Shown: in pieces, positions 8,088-17,840 of the stretch
Numbering within the stretch: the first letter of the stretch is position 1
Layout of the letters: each line of letters opens with the position of its first letter
Sequence record: SDGA01000085.1
DNA length: 32,000 nucleotides
Direction: 5' to 3' (one strand)
Made by a program: the position numbers and the translations under genes
The notes under the pieces: model-generated
What the model was told of the DNA's origin: nothing
The model's input: the letters and a program-made list of their open reading frames with translations, nothing else
The model's database searches: none

Positions 8088-8321
8088 TTATTTTATAATT
8101 CTTAATTCATCTTCAAAAAACCAAATTCTTGTTTTAGAATCAAATTCAACTATTAAAACCATGATATTCAAATCAGTTAATCTTAAGCCTCTTACAATAC
8201 CAATTTTACCTATTTTATCTATTAACTCAAATGTATTTTGAGTTCTTAGTTTATATAAACAAACTTTTTGCCCAATAAAAGATAATTTACTTATAGAATA
8301 TGAAGAAATAAAATTATTCAT
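8088..8321 (-). CDS. Hypothetical 77-aa protein (orf77) immediately upstream of accB
   Basis: The ORF fills an otherwise empty 340-bp gap, 37 nt upstream of accB on the same strand. Its composition is not pure low complexity (..GKIGIVRGLRLTD...VLIVEFDSKTRIWFFEDELRIIK). I do not recognise the family. Confidence 0.4.
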   Translation of the reverse strand: MNNFISSYSISKLSFIGQKVCLYKLRTQNTFELIDKIGKIGIVRGLRLTDLNIMVLIVEFDSKTRIWFFEDELRIIK

Positions 8322-8391
8322 TGAATAAATAATCTACATTATTATGTAATATATAATATATATCAATAAGATAAATATAAATGGTAAACAA

Positions 8392-10005
8392 ATGATTATT
8401 TCAGATGATTTAGAAAAGCTTATTGAAATTTTACCAATAGAAATTCGTGAAAATATACTGAAATATCCTAATCAAGATCAATTAATCGAAATAGTAATGG
8501 ACTTAGGCAAAAAACCTGAAGCTAGATTTAGTAATAATGTATATTATATATCAAATAAAAACATTAATTGGCAAGATATTAGTTATTGTCTCAAACGCCT
8601 AGGAAGATTTAACGCAGACAATCGAACTGGAATAAAAGATACCTTACATAGAATAAGCTCTTTAAACAATAGAGAAGGTCAAATTACTGGTCTAACCTGT
8701 CGAGTTGGAAGAGCAGTATTAGGCAATGTTAATATAATTCGCGATTTATTGGAAATTGGACGTTCTATTTTAATTTTAGGAAAGCCAGGCATAGGTAAAA
8801 CTACTGCTATTCGAGAAATAGCAAGAGTTTTAGCTGATGAAATTGGGAAAAGAGTAATTATTATTGATACTTCTAATGAAATTGCAGGTGATGCTGATAT
8901 AGAACATTTTTCAATTGGTAGGGCACGTAGAATGCAAGTCAAACATCCTGAATTCCAACATCAGGTAATGATTGAAGCTGTTGAAAATCATATGCCAGAA
9001 GTAATTATTATTGATGAAATTAGCACTGAGTTAGAAGCTTTAGCTGCTCGAACTATTGCTGAAAGAGGAGTTCAGTTAATTGGTACTGTACATGGCAATA
9101 ATTTAGAAAATTTAATTCGAAATTCAATTTTATCAGATTTAATTGGTGGTATTCAGTATGTTACCTTAGGAGATGAAGAAGCACGTAAAAGAGGAACACA
9201 AAAAAGTGTTTTAGAAAGAAGAGCCTCTTCTACATTTGACATTTCTGTTGAAATGCAACAATCTTGCTCCTGGAGAATTCATTTGTCTATTGAGCATAGT
9301 GTAGATAAAATCTTACAGGGCTATAAACCAATCTTACAAGAAAGAATTATTGATTTTAAAAATAATTATATAATTAAATATTCTAGCCTTAATGAGACAA
9401 TAAAGGATAATAAATCGCATAATTTAATAAATAATAAATTAAATGAAACCAAAAAGCATTATAACCATATTTTGAGTCAAGTAATTAGTAATAGTACTAA
9501 TATTACTAGTTTTAATACGAATGATAAACTATATTTGTACTTATATTGTCTAAATTATAAACAAACACAATATTGTATAGATAATATGAAACTACCAATA
9601 ATACTAACAAAGAATATCGATAAAGCTAGTGTTATCTTAGGCATAAGAACACAGATAAAAAATACATCAAAATTAAGAGAAATTGCTAAAAGTAAAAAAA
9701 TTCCTATATATCTTATTAGTAATGAAAATATAGTTCAATTAACTAAAGCACTAAAAAATATAACTAATTCTCATAATTTAAAAAAAGTTTATAAAAATAC
9801 ACATCATTTTGATGCTTTAAAAGAGATGAGAATGGCTATTAAAAGTATAGTACTTTCTAAAAAACAAATAGTAGAATTATTACCAAGAACAGGTTATATT
9901 AGAAAGTATCAACATATACTTGCTGAATATTTTGATGTTTATGCAAGGAGTGTTGGAGAAGAGCCATTCCGACGATTACGTCTTTATCCTCGATGTTTGT
10001 TATAG
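8392..10005 (+). CDS. ycf45: Ycf45-like P-loop ATPase (SpoIIIAA/AAA-type)
   Basis: 537 aa. Walker A is GKPGIGKTT and Walker B is VIIIDEISTE, followed by GVQLIGTVHG. The N-terminal half resembles red-lineage plastid ycf45. The middle and C-terminal part is Asn/Lys-rich. Confidence 0.7.
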   Translation: MIISDDLEKLIEILPIEIRENILKYPNQDQLIEIVMDLGKKPEARFSNNVYYISNKNINWQDISYCLKRLGRFNADNRTGIKDTLHRISSLNNREGQITGLTCRVGRAVLGNVNIIRDLLEIGRSILILGKPGIGKTTAIREIARVLADEIGKRVIIIDTSNEIAGDADIEHFSIGRARRMQVKHPEFQHQVMIEAVENHMPEVIIIDEISTELEALAARTIAERGVQLIGTVHGNNLENLIRNSILSDLIGGIQYVTLGDEEARKRGTQKSVLERRASSTFDISVEMQQSCSWRIHLSIEHSVDKILQGYKPILQERIIDFKNNYIIKYSSLNETIKDNKSHNLINNKLNETKKHYNHILSQVISNSTNITSFNTNDKLYLYLYCLNYKQTQYCIDNMKLPIILTKNIDKASVILGIRTQIKNTSKLREIAKSKKIPIYLISNENIVQLTKALKNITNSHNLKKVYKNTHHFDALKEMRMAIKSIVLSKKQIVELLPRTGYIRKYQHILAEYFDVYARSVGEEPFRRLRLYPRCLL

Positions 10006-10089
10006 TTTTTTATATTAAGTTATTAAATATCTTATTTATAATATATGAACGTGTATTTATACAATTTTAATAATAGGAAAAGATAAATT

Positions 10090-10353
10090 ATGAATAAAAC
10101 TTTAACTGAAGAAGAAGTATTAGAAAAAATTCGTGATGTAGTTGCGACACAACTAGGTCTTGATCAGAGTCAAGTTTCGAATGAAGCTAGTTTTACTAAT
10201 GATTTAGGTGCTGACTCTTTAGATTCTGTTGAACTTGTGATGTCTATTGAAAATGCGTTTGATATAAAAATTCCTGATGAGAAAGCAAATAAAATCTCTA
10301 ATATTAAACAATTGAAAGACTATGTAATGGAAAAATTAACTGTTAAAGTTTAA
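10090..10353 (+). CDS. acpP: Acyl carrier protein
   Basis: 87 aa with the phosphopantetheine attachment motif DLGADSLDSVELVM.IE. Confidence 0.93.
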   Translation: MNKTLTEEEVLEKIRDVVATQLGLDQSQVSNEASFTNDLGADSLDSVELVMSIENAFDIKIPDEKANKISNIKQLKDYVMEKLTVKV

Positions 10354-10377
10354 TTACCGAAATATAAGGAGTAAATT

Positions 10378-10680
10378 ATGAATAAATCTGATTTAAGCGA
10401 TGAGCTCTCCAAGAGAGCAGAAGTCACGAAAAAACTTGCTAATAAAATGATAACTCTTTTTACTGAAATTGTGAGAGAAAAAGTAAATAATGGCGAAAAG
10501 GTGACTATTGTAGGATTCGGTACTTTTAAAGCAAAGCATAGAAAACCAAAAGCAGTAAGAAACCCTAGAACTGAACAAAAAATGATTATTCCCGCAGCAA
10601 GAGTACCTGTATTTACAGTTGGTAAGCTTTTTAAAGAACAAGTAAATAGTGAGTTTTTAAAGAATAAATCAATGGAATAA
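10378..10680 (+). CDS. hupA: HU-like DNA-binding (nucleoid) protein
   Basis: 100 aa. MNKSDL...., ..V.IVGFGTF......PK.VRNPRT......IPA..VP.F..GK.FKE.V is the HU/IHF fold signature. AAGGAG lies 6 nt upstream. Confidence 0.88.
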   Translation: MNKSDLSDELSKRAEVTKKLANKMITLFTEIVREKVNNGEKVTIVGFGTFKAKHRKPKAVRNPRTEQKMIIPAARVPVFTVGKLFKEQVNSEFLKNKSME

Positions 10681-10685
10681 AAAGC

Positions 10686-10737
10686 AGAATAATAATTTTT
10701 AGTGTTTTATTATCAAAACATTAAAAATTATTATTCT
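10686..10737 (+). terminator. Stem-loop (23-bp stem with one G:T, 6-nt loop) after hupA
   Basis: 10686-10708 pairs with 10715-10737 (p with 21423-p), with a single G:T at 10702/10721. It starts 6 nt after the hupA stop. Confidence 0.75.
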
Positions 10738-10848
10738 CTTTCTAAATTTAACTTAATTATATGTTAGAATATAATATATAATATTACATATATATCTTAT
10801 TACTATATATTGGCTTGATTATACGCTATATAATAAAGAGAGGATAAC

Positions 10849-12399
10849 ATGAAATTAGCTTATTGGATGTACGCTGGGCCAGCACATATAGGTACTTTAA
10901 GAATAGCCAGTTCATTTAAAAACGTGCAGGCTATTATGCATGCTCCACTTGGAGATGATTATTTTAATGTAATGAAATCTATGTTAGAAAGAGAAAGAAA
11001 TTTTACACCTGTAACAACCAGTGTAGTTGATCGTCATGTTTTAGCAAGAGGTTCACAAGAAAAAGTAATTAATAATATTTCCAGAAAAGATAAGGAATTC
11101 AAACCAAATTTAATTATTTTAACACCAACTTGTACTTCTAGTATACTTCAAGAAGATTTACAAAATTTTGTAAATAGGGCTAGTCTCGAAGTTAAAGCTG
11201 ATGTACTTTTAGCTGATGTTAATCATTATAGGGTTAATGAACTACAAGCTGCTGATAAAACATTAGAACAAATTATAAAATTTTACCTATATAAAGCCAA
11301 AAAAGAAAATAATTTATCTAATAAAAAAACAAGAGAAATATCTGCTAATATAATTGGAATAACAAGTTTAGGTTTTCATCATCAACATGACTTAAAAGAA
11401 CTTCAAAAATTACTTTCTGATCTGAATATTAAAACGAACTTAATTATACCACACAATGCTTGCGTTGATGAATTAAAAAATCTGACTAAAGCTTGGTTCA
11501 ATATAGTGCCATATCATGAAATTGGATTATTAACAGCCCAATTTTTACATCAAGAATTTAATATGCCATTTATTGATATTACCCCAATGGGAATTATTGA
11601 AACTGCCAGATTTATTAGATATATACAATCAATTTTAAAACATTATGATGTAGAAGTTGATTATGAACCCTATATTGATACTCAAACTAGATTTGTTTCT
11701 CAATCTGCATGGTTTTCACGTTCAATAGATTGTCAAAACTTAACAGGTAAAAAAGCAGTCGTATTTGGAGATTCTACTCATGCTAGTTCAATAACAAAGC
11801 TTTTAGTTAAAGAAATGGGAATCAATGTATTATGGGCAGGAACATATTGTCAAAACGATCGTGAATGGTTTACTTCTCAGGTAGAAACTTTATGTAAGGA
11901 TATTATAATTTCTGATGATCATAATTTTATTGCTGACTTGATTGCAGAAACAGAGCCAGATGCTATTTTTGGAACTCAAATGGAAAGACATATAGGTAAA
12001 CGATTAAATATTCCTTGTGGAGTGATTTCTTCACCTGTGCATATTCAAAATTTTCCTTTAAGTTATCGTCCTTTTTTAGGCTATGAAGGAAGTAATCAAA
12101 TTTCAGATTTAATATATAATTCTTTTACTTTAGGAATGGAAGATCATTTACTAGAAATTTTTGGTGGCCATGATACTCGTAATGCTATTACCAATACTTT
12201 ATCAAGTAAAAGTGAATTCAATAGTTCTTCAATAGAATGGACAGAAGAAGCAAGAAATGAATTACTAAAAATACCTGGCTTTGTGCGTAATAAAGTAAAA
12301 AAAAATACAGAAAAATTTGCTATAGAAAATAATCTTAATAAAATTTGTTTAGATACAATGTATTCGGCTAAGGAAGCATTGAAAAATACGAATAAATAA
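10849..12399 (+). CDS. chlB: Light-independent protochlorophyllide reductase subunit B (ChlB)
   Basis: 516 aa. Begins [66 protein letters not shown], which is the canonical ChlB N-terminus. Confidence 0.95.
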   Translation: MKLAYWMYAGPAHIGTLRIASSFKNVQAIMHAPLGDDYFNVMKSMLERERNFTPVTTSVVDRHVLARGSQEKVINNISRKDKEFKPNLIILTPTCTSSILQEDLQNFVNRASLEVKADVLLADVNHYRVNELQAADKTLEQIIKFYLYKAKKENNLSNKKTREISANIIGITSLGFHHQHDLKELQKLLSDLNIKTNLIIPHNACVDELKNLTKAWFNIVPYHEIGLLTAQFLHQEFNMPFIDITPMGIIETARFIRYIQSILKHYDVEVDYEPYIDTQTRFVSQSAWFSRSIDCQNLTGKKAVVFGDSTHASSITKLLVKEMGINVLWAGTYCQNDREWFTSQVETLCKDIIISDDHNFIADLIAETEPDAIFGTQMERHIGKRLNIPCGVISSPVHIQNFPLSYRPFLGYEGSNQISDLIYNSFTLGMEDHLLEIFGGHDTRNAITNTLSSKSEFNSSSIEWTEEARNELLKIPGFVRNKVKKNTEKFAIENNLNKICLDTMYSAKEALKNTNK

Positions 12400-12471
12400 A
12401 AAATATAGAATCTTGTTGCAACAAGATTCTATATTTTTTATTTATTCGTATTTTTCAATGCTTCCTTAGCC
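12366..12471. repeat. 106-bp perfect palindrome spanning the convergent chlB and dnaK 3' ends
   Basis: Position p pairs with 24837-p from 12366 to 12471, and 12365/12472 is a mismatch. The left arm contains the last 10 chlB sense codons plus the stop (to 12399). The right arm contains the dnaK stop and last codon (12466-12471). Confidence 0.95.
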
Positions 12472-14352
12472 CTTAGTTTCAAAAAATTCAGCATCTACAG
12501 CTCCATCGTTAGTGCCATTTTGACTGGAATTGTTAACATTTTGATTTGTTGTATTAGTGTACATTTTTTGACCTATGGTCATTAATTTTTGTTGTAAATT
12601 TTGACTTATAGATTTCATTTGCTCATAATCTTCTGTTTCAGTAGCTTTACGTAAATCTTGCACTAATGATTCAAGACTTAGTTTATCTTCATTGGCAATT
12701 TTATCACCGAACTCTTTAATTTGTTTTTCTGTTTGATAAACCAATGAATCGCATTGATTTTTTAATTCAATTTTTTCACGACGTTCTTTATCTTCTTTAG
12801 AATACTGTTCTGCCTCTCTTACCATACGATCAACTTCTTCCTTAGAAGAAGTAGAAGCACCAGTAATAGTAATGGATTGTTCTTTATTTGTTGCCTTATC
12901 TTTTGCTGTAACAGATAAAATTCCATTAGCATCAATATCAAATGTTACTTCAATTTGAGGAACACCTCTTGGTGCAGGAGTTATTCCATCTAAACGAAAA
13001 GTACCTAAGCTTTTATTATCTTTTGCTAATTCTCTTTCTCCTTGTAAAACATGAATTTCAACATTGGGTTGATTATCTACTGCTGTTGAGAAAATTTCTG
13101 ATTTTTTAGTTGGAATTGTTGTATTACGTGGAATGATTTTAGTCATAACACCGCCTAAAGTTTCAACTCCTAAAGATAAAGGAGTAACATCTAATAATAA
13201 TAAGTCTTTCACTTCACCAGCTAATACACCTCCCTGTACAGCAGCACCAATTGCTACAACTTCGTCTGGATTAACACTTTGATTTGGCGTTTTACCTAAC
13301 ATATTTTGAACTAATTGTTTAATTGCAGGAATTCTTGTTGATCCTCCAACGAGAACAATTTCGTCAACTTTTGATGTATCAATTTTTGCATCTTTTAATG
13401 CAGTTTCTACTGGTATCTTGCAGCGATTAATTAAATCAAAACATAATTCTTCAAATTTAGCTCTTGTAAGAGTTTTTTCTAAATGTTTAGGCCCAGTGTC
13501 TGTTGCAGTAATAAATGGTAAACTAATCTCGGTTTGGCTAACATTAGAAAGTTCAACTTTAGCTTTTTCTGCTGCCTCAGTTAATCTTTGTAAAGCTTGT
13601 CTATCTTTACTTAAGTCAATTGATTCTATTTTTTTAAATTCGTTAATTAACCAATCTACAATTTTCTTATCAAAATCATCACCTCCAAGATGAGTATCAC
13701 CAGCTGTAGATAATACTTCAAAAACACCATCACCTACTTCAAGTATTGAAACATCAAATGTTCCACCGCCTAAGTCAAAGACTAGTATTGTTTCATTACT
13801 TTTTTTATCAAGTCCATAAGCTAATGAAGCAGCAGTAGGTTCATTGATAATGCGTAAAACTTCTAGACCAGCTATTTTACCAGCATCTTTAGTAGCTTGA
13901 CGTTGTGAATCATTAAAATAAGCTGGAACTGTAATCACTGCTTGTGTTACTTTTTCACCTAAATATTGACTTGCGTCTTCAGCAAGTTTTCTTAATACTT
14001 GAGCTGATATTTCTTCTGGTGCAAATTGCTTATTTAAGATAGGACAATCAATTTTAACGTTTTGATTATTATCTGTTATTACTTTATATGAAACTTGTTT
14101 AGATTCTTCAGATACTTCATAACCTTTTCTTCCTATAAAACGCTTAATAGAATAAAAGGTATTTTCAGGATTTATAACTGCTTGTCTTTTTGCTATTTGT
14201 CCAACTAAGCGTTCACCGTTTTTTGTATATGCAACTACAGATGGGGTTGTTCTTGCTCCTTCTGAATTGGTTATAACAACAGGTTTTCCTCCTTCCATAA
14301 CTGCAACAACTGAATTAGTAGTGCCTAAATCGATGCCTACTACTTTAGCCAT
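12466..14352 (-). CDS. dnaK: Chaperone DnaK (Hsp70)
   Basis: 628 aa. Contains [33 protein letters not shown] and [11 protein letters not shown]. Full-length Hsp70. Confidence 0.98.
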   Translation of the reverse strand: MAKVVGIDLGTTNSVVAVMEGGKPVVITNSEGARTTPSVVAYTKNGERLVGQIAKRQAVINPENTFYSIKRFIGRKGYEVSEESKQVSYKVITDNNQNVKIDCPILNKQFAPEEISAQVLRKLAEDASQYLGEKVTQAVITVPAYFNDSQRQATKDAGKIAGLEVLRIINEPTAASLAYGLDKKSNETILVFDLGGGTFDVSILEVGDGVFEVLSTAGDTHLGGDDFDKKIVDWLINEFKKIESIDLSKDRQALQRLTEAAEKAKVELSNVSQTEISLPFITATDTGPKHLEKTLTRAKFEELCFDLINRCKIPVETALKDAKIDTSKVDEIVLVGGSTRIPAIKQLVQNMLGKTPNQSVNPDEVVAIGAAVQGGVLAGEVKDLLLLDVTPLSLGVETLGGVMTKIIPRNTTIPTKKSEIFSTAVDNQPNVEIHVLQGERELAKDNKSLGTFRLDGITPAPRGVPQIEVTFDIDANGILSVTAKDKATNKEQSITITGASTSSKEEVDRMVREAEQYSKEDKERREKIELKNQCDSLVYQTEKQIKEFGDKIANEDKLSLESLVQDLRKATETEDYEQMKSISQNLQQKLMTIGQKMYTNTTNQNVNNSSQNGTNDGAVDAEFFETKG

Positions 14353-14457
14353 ATTTATATTACTCCTATTAACATGTAAAGATATTATTTTATAATTAAT
14401 ATAGTCATAAGATAATATCTTTATGAATAGTATTTTCCGAACATAAAAAATAATATC

Positions 14458-14486
14458 TAGACAAAATTCAAATATTAATATATATT
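14458..14486 (+). promoter_or_regulatory. Candidate sigma70-type promoter for the rpl3 ribosomal-protein operon
   Basis: TAGACA (14458-14463), 17-nt spacer, TATATT (14481-14486), 75 nt upstream of the rpl3 GTG in the 209-bp divergent dnaK/rpl3 spacer. Motif match only. Confidence 0.3.
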
Positions 14487-14561
14487 AATATCTAATTTTT
14501 AGCATTTATTTTAATTTTAAATATAAAAAGTACTGTAGAATTTAATTTAAGGGAGATAAAC

Positions 14562-15194
14562 GTGATAGGTTTTTTAGCAACAAAACTTGGAATGAGTCAA
14601 ATTTTTAATGACCAAGGGTTAACTATACCAATAACTATATTACAAATGGGTGAATGCTATATTACCCAAGTAAAAACAAGCAATACAGATGGATATAATG
14701 CGGTTCAGATAGGTTATCATAAGAATTTAACTAATACTAATAAAATTACAAAACCAATTAAAGGTCATTTAAAAAAAGCTAATCTTACTGATAAAAATAT
14801 AATAAAATTTAAAGAGTTTAAGTTAAAATCGAATACTGTATCAACAATAGAAATTGGACAAAAAGTGCAGTTAAATTCACTTAAAATCAATGATAGAGTT
14901 ACTATAATCGGATATAGTATAGGTAAAGGGTTTACAGGATATCAAAAGAGACATAAATTTTCAAGAGGACCAATGTCGCATGGTTCCAAAAATCATCGTT
15001 TACCTGGTTCAATAGGTGCTGGAACAACACCCGGACGTGTCTTTCCTGGCAAAAAAATGGCTGGTCATCTAGGTGAGCAAAAAACTACAATAAAAAATTT
15101 AGAAATAGTCTTTATTGACTTTGAAAAAAACATAATTGCTATTAAAGGAAGCGTACCAGGTAAAATTGGCAACTTGATAAGTATTTATAAATAA
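14562..15194 (+). CDS. rpl3: 50S ribosomal protein L3 (GTG start)
   Basis: 210 aa. (M)[14 protein letters not shown] matches the conserved L3 N-terminus, so the GTG at 14562 must be the start. GGGAG lies 6 nt upstream. Confidence 0.93.
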   Translation: MIGFLATKLGMSQIFNDQGLTIPITILQMGECYITQVKTSNTDGYNAVQIGYHKNLTNTNKITKPIKGHLKKANLTDKNIIKFKEFKLKSNTVSTIEIGQKVQLNSLKINDRVTIIGYSIGKGFTGYQKRHKFSRGPMSHGSKNHRLPGSIGAGTTPGRVFPGKKMAGHLGEQKTTIKNLEIVFIDFEKNIIAIKGSVPGKIGNLISIYK

Positions 15195-15196
15195 TA

Positions 15197-15883
15197 ATGA
15201 AAAATTATAAATTTAGTAAATTTATGGATAACATAGCTAATATAAAGCAATTAAATTGGAACGGTGAAAGTCAAGAATTATATTCATTTAAATTTAAATT
15301 AAATAAAGCTAAAATAGAAAATTTAAATAATGTATACTTACTGCATAAAGCTTTTGTTATTAAACATCTAAAAACTAGAAATATAAAGGCTTCAAGTAAA
15401 ACAAGGGCTGAAGTTAGTGGTGGCGGAAAAAAACCATGGAAACAAAAAAAAACAGGTCGTGCTCGGGCTGGATCAATAAGATCACCTTTATGGAAAGGTG
15501 GAGGAGTCGTTTTTGGCCCTAAAAGTAGAATGATAGAGAAAAAAATTAATCATAAAGAATGGAAATTAGCTTTGAATTTATGCTTACTAAAAAAAAGTAA
15601 GGATATGATAATAGTAAAAGATTTAATGGAAAATTTTATAGATAAGCCTAGTACTAAGCTATTGTGTATGGCTTTAAAAAGATGGAAGATTAATTTAAAT
15701 GAAAAAATATTAATTATAATTGAAAAAAATAATTATAATCTATTTCTCTCGAGTAGAAATTTGCCAAACGTTAAATTAATAAATGCTGATAGTTTAAATC
15801 TAAAAGCATTATTAGCTGCAAACAAAATAATTTTAAGTGCTAATGCTTTAAATATAATTAGTAATATTTATCAAGGAATATAG
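15197..15883 (+). CDS. rpl4: 50S ribosomal protein L4
   Basis: 228 aa with the L4 core ..[36 protein letters not shown]. The start is uncertain (alternative ATG at 15224). Confidence 0.88.
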   Translation: MKNYKFSKFMDNIANIKQLNWNGESQELYSFKFKLNKAKIENLNNVYLLHKAFVIKHLKTRNIKASSKTRAEVSGGGKKPWKQKKTGRARAGSIRSPLWKGGGVVFGPKSRMIEKKINHKEWKLALNLCLLKKSKDMIIVKDLMENFIDKPSTKLLCMALKRWKINLNEKILIIIEKNNYNLFLSSRNLPNVKLINADSLNLKALLAANKIILSANALNIISNIYQGI

Positions 15884-15885
15884 TT

Positions 15886-16182
15886 ATGATAAGTGACGAT
15901 AACTATTATGATATAATCAAATCAGCTGTTGTTAGTGATAAAAGTACAAAACTATTGCTAAAAAATCAATATATATTTATAGTAAAAAAATCCAGTAATA
16001 AAACACTAATTCGTAGTGCTATTGAAAACTTATTTAAAGTTAAAGTGAGAAAGATAAATACTCTTACAGACAAAAGGCAATTAAAACGTAGCAAAAAATA
16101 TGTTTATATAAAAAAAGCAATAATAACTTTGGAAAAAAATAACTCAATTAGCTTACTCTTGAACATGTCAAAGCCAAATTAA
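15886..16182 (+). CDS. rpl23: 50S ribosomal protein L23
   Basis: 98 aa in the conserved slot between rpl4 and rpl2. L23-like pattern (D.IK....S.K......N.Y.F.V....NK..I..A.E.LF.VKV..INT). Confidence 0.82.
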   Translation: MISDDNYYDIIKSAVVSDKSTKLLLKNQYIFIVKKSSNKTLIRSAIENLFKVKVRKINTLTDKRQLKRSKKYVYIKKAIITLEKNNSISLLLNMSKPN

Positions 16183-16248
16183 TTTAAACAATATAAAAAA
16201 AACTTATTTAATTAATTAACCAAATAACAACATTAAAACTTTTTACTT

Positions 16249-17073
16249 ATGAGTATTAGAACCTATAAAGCATATACTCCTGGAACTCGAAATAAAACTG
16301 TTTCTGATTTTAAAGAAATTAGTAATAATAAACCTTGCAAAAAGTTAATTGTTAGCACCAATAGAAAATATGGCCGAAATAATCAGGGTAAAATAACATC
16401 AAGACATAAGCAAAGAGGACACAAAAAACAATATCGTCTTATCGATTTTGCACGAAAGAAAAAAGATATAATTTCAGTAGTCTCATCAATTGAATATGAC
16501 CCTAATCGTAATGCTCGCATCGCCTTATTACATTATAAGGATGGCACTAAGTCTTATGTTTTATGTCCAAACAATCTTAAAATAGGGGCAGAAATTGTTT
16601 CATCCATTGAGCATAATATAATTCAAATAGGCAACTCGTTGCCTTTGTATAAGATTCCTTTGGGAATTGTAGTACACAATGTTGAGTTAATACCTGGTAA
16701 AGGAGGACAAATAGCAAGAGCTGGGGGAACATATGCACAAATTATAGCAAAAGACGATAAATTTGTAACACTGAAATTGCCTTCAGGTGAGGTTCGTTTA
16801 ATAAGAAAAGAATGTATGGCAACAATAGGACAAGTATCTAATGTGGAATCTAGTTTGATTAAAATTGGTAAAGCTGGAAGAAATCGTTGGTTTGGGAATA
16901 GACCTAGAGTTAGAGGAGTTGCGATGAATCCAGTTGATCACCCACATGGTGGTGGAGAAGGTAAGAGTCCTATTGGTAGAAAGTATCCTGTAACTCCATG
17001 GGGAAAACCTGCTTTAGGTGCTAAAACACGTAAGATAAAAAAGATTAGTAATAAATATATCTTACAACATTAA
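16249..17073 (+). CDS. rpl2: 50S ribosomal protein L2
   Basis: 274 aa. Contains MSIRTYKAYTPGTRN, ..GRNN.G.IT.RH...GHK..YR.IDF and ..RGVAMNPVDHPHGGGEG. Confidence 0.97.
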   Translation: MSIRTYKAYTPGTRNKTVSDFKEISNNKPCKKLIVSTNRKYGRNNQGKITSRHKQRGHKKQYRLIDFARKKKDIISVVSSIEYDPNRNARIALLHYKDGTKSYVLCPNNLKIGAEIVSSIEHNIIQIGNSLPLYKIPLGIVVHNVELIPGKGGQIARAGGTYAQIIAKDDKFVTLKLPSGEVRLIRKECMATIGQVSNVESSLIKIGKAGRNRWFGNRPRVRGVAMNPVDHPHGGGEGKSPIGRKYPVTPWGKPALGAKTRKIKKISNKYILQH

Positions 17074-17135
17074 ATATAAATTAAATCTAATTATTTTACT
17101 AATATTAAAATTTTATTAGTGATAGGATGTTTTTT

Positions 17136-17414
17136 ATGAGTCGTTCCTTATACAAAGGGCCTTTTATAGAATTTAAATTATTAAACAAGATTAATAATTT
17201 AAATAGAACAAATAAAAAGAGTGTAATAAAAACTTGGTCTAGAAGTTCTACTATTATTCCTGCTATGGTAGGACATACAATAGCTGTATATAATGGTAAA
17301 CAACATTTTCCAATATACATATCAGATCAAATGGTCGGAGAAAAACTGGGATCATTTGTTCCTAGCAGAAATTTTAAGTCTCATATAAAAAACGATAAAA
17401 AAATTCGTCGTTAG
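17136..17414 (+). CDS. rps19: 30S ribosomal protein S19
   Basis: The conserved S19 N-terminus [10 protein letters not shown] begins at the ATG at 17136. The track ORF starts 9 nt earlier at 17127. Also contains [26 protein letters not shown]. Confidence 0.93.
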   Translation: MSRSLYKGPFIEFKLLNKINNLNRTNKKSVIKTWSRSSTIIPAMVGHTIAVYNGKQHFPIYISDQMVGEKLGSFVPSRNFKSHIKNDKKIRR

Positions 17415-17421
17415 TAATTTA

Positions 17422-17793
17422 ATGGTAAGGTTTATGATAAAAAACAAACAAAACAAATCATCAGTATTAGTTAAATCAGTTGCGAAGTATGTACATACTT
17501 CACCTATTAAAGTTAGTAGAGTTTTAAATCAAATTAGAGGTAAAGAATATAAAGAAGCATTATTAATGCTTCAATTTATGACATATAAAGCATCTAAAAT
17601 AATAAATAAAGTTGTAAAATCAGCAGCAGCTAATGCTAAACATAATTTTAATCTAAACACTGATAACTGTATAATAAAATATGCATATGTGGATAAGGGG
17701 CCTGTTCTAAAAAGGTTTTGTCCGCGTGCACAGGGCAGAATTTATCCAATACATAAACCAAGTTGTCATATTACAATAATCTTAGAAATTTAA
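17422..17793 (+). CDS. rpl22: 50S ribosomal protein L22
   Basis: 123 aa. Contains ..AKYV..SP.KV.RVLNQIRGK.Y.EAL..L.FM.YKAS..I.KV..SA.ANA.HN, then ..RF.PRAQGR...I.K..CHITI. Confidence 0.92.
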   Translation: MVRFMIKNKQNKSSVLVKSVAKYVHTSPIKVSRVLNQIRGKEYKEALLMLQFMTYKASKIINKVVKSAAANAKHNFNLNTDNCIIKYAYVDKGPVLKRFCPRAQGRIYPIHKPSCHITIILEI

Positions 17794-17840
17794 TTTAACA
17801 ATCATATTACTTAATATAAATCTATAATTATTAAATTATA

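Noticed and set aside
8032-8241. A 69-aa plus-strand ORF overlapping the accB start and orf77.
   Set aside because: It is Ile/Leu/Asn/Ser-rich low complexity. It overlaps the accB N-terminus and is antisense to the more protein-like orf77. It has no SD motif and no recognisable motif.
142-12471. The idea that the palindromes are a CRISPR-like array or a family of MITEs or mobile elements.
   Set aside because: There are no direct repeats with regular spacing. The arms of different palindromes share no sequence that I can see. I found no target-site duplications and no transposase or cas genes in the window. Several arms are made of adjacent coding sequence, which argues for local origin.
14472-14491. 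A 20-bp perfect palindrome atattaatatatattaatat in the dnaK/rpl3 spacer, a 16-bp palindrome at 25629-25644 upstream of rpl13, and an 11-bp stem at 14378-14388/14412-14422.
   Set aside because: They are composed almost purely of A/T and are short. Such dyads are expected by chance in DNA this AT-rich, and they are not comparable with the 66-108-bp dyads.
17127-17135. N-terminal extensions in the track ORFs for rps19 (start 17127) and rpl31 (TTG start 26522).
   Set aside because: The conserved protein N-termini ([10 protein letters not shown] and MPKANIHPKW) begin at the internal ATGs 17136 and 26558, and the latter has a GGAG at proper spacing. The extensions are non-conserved.
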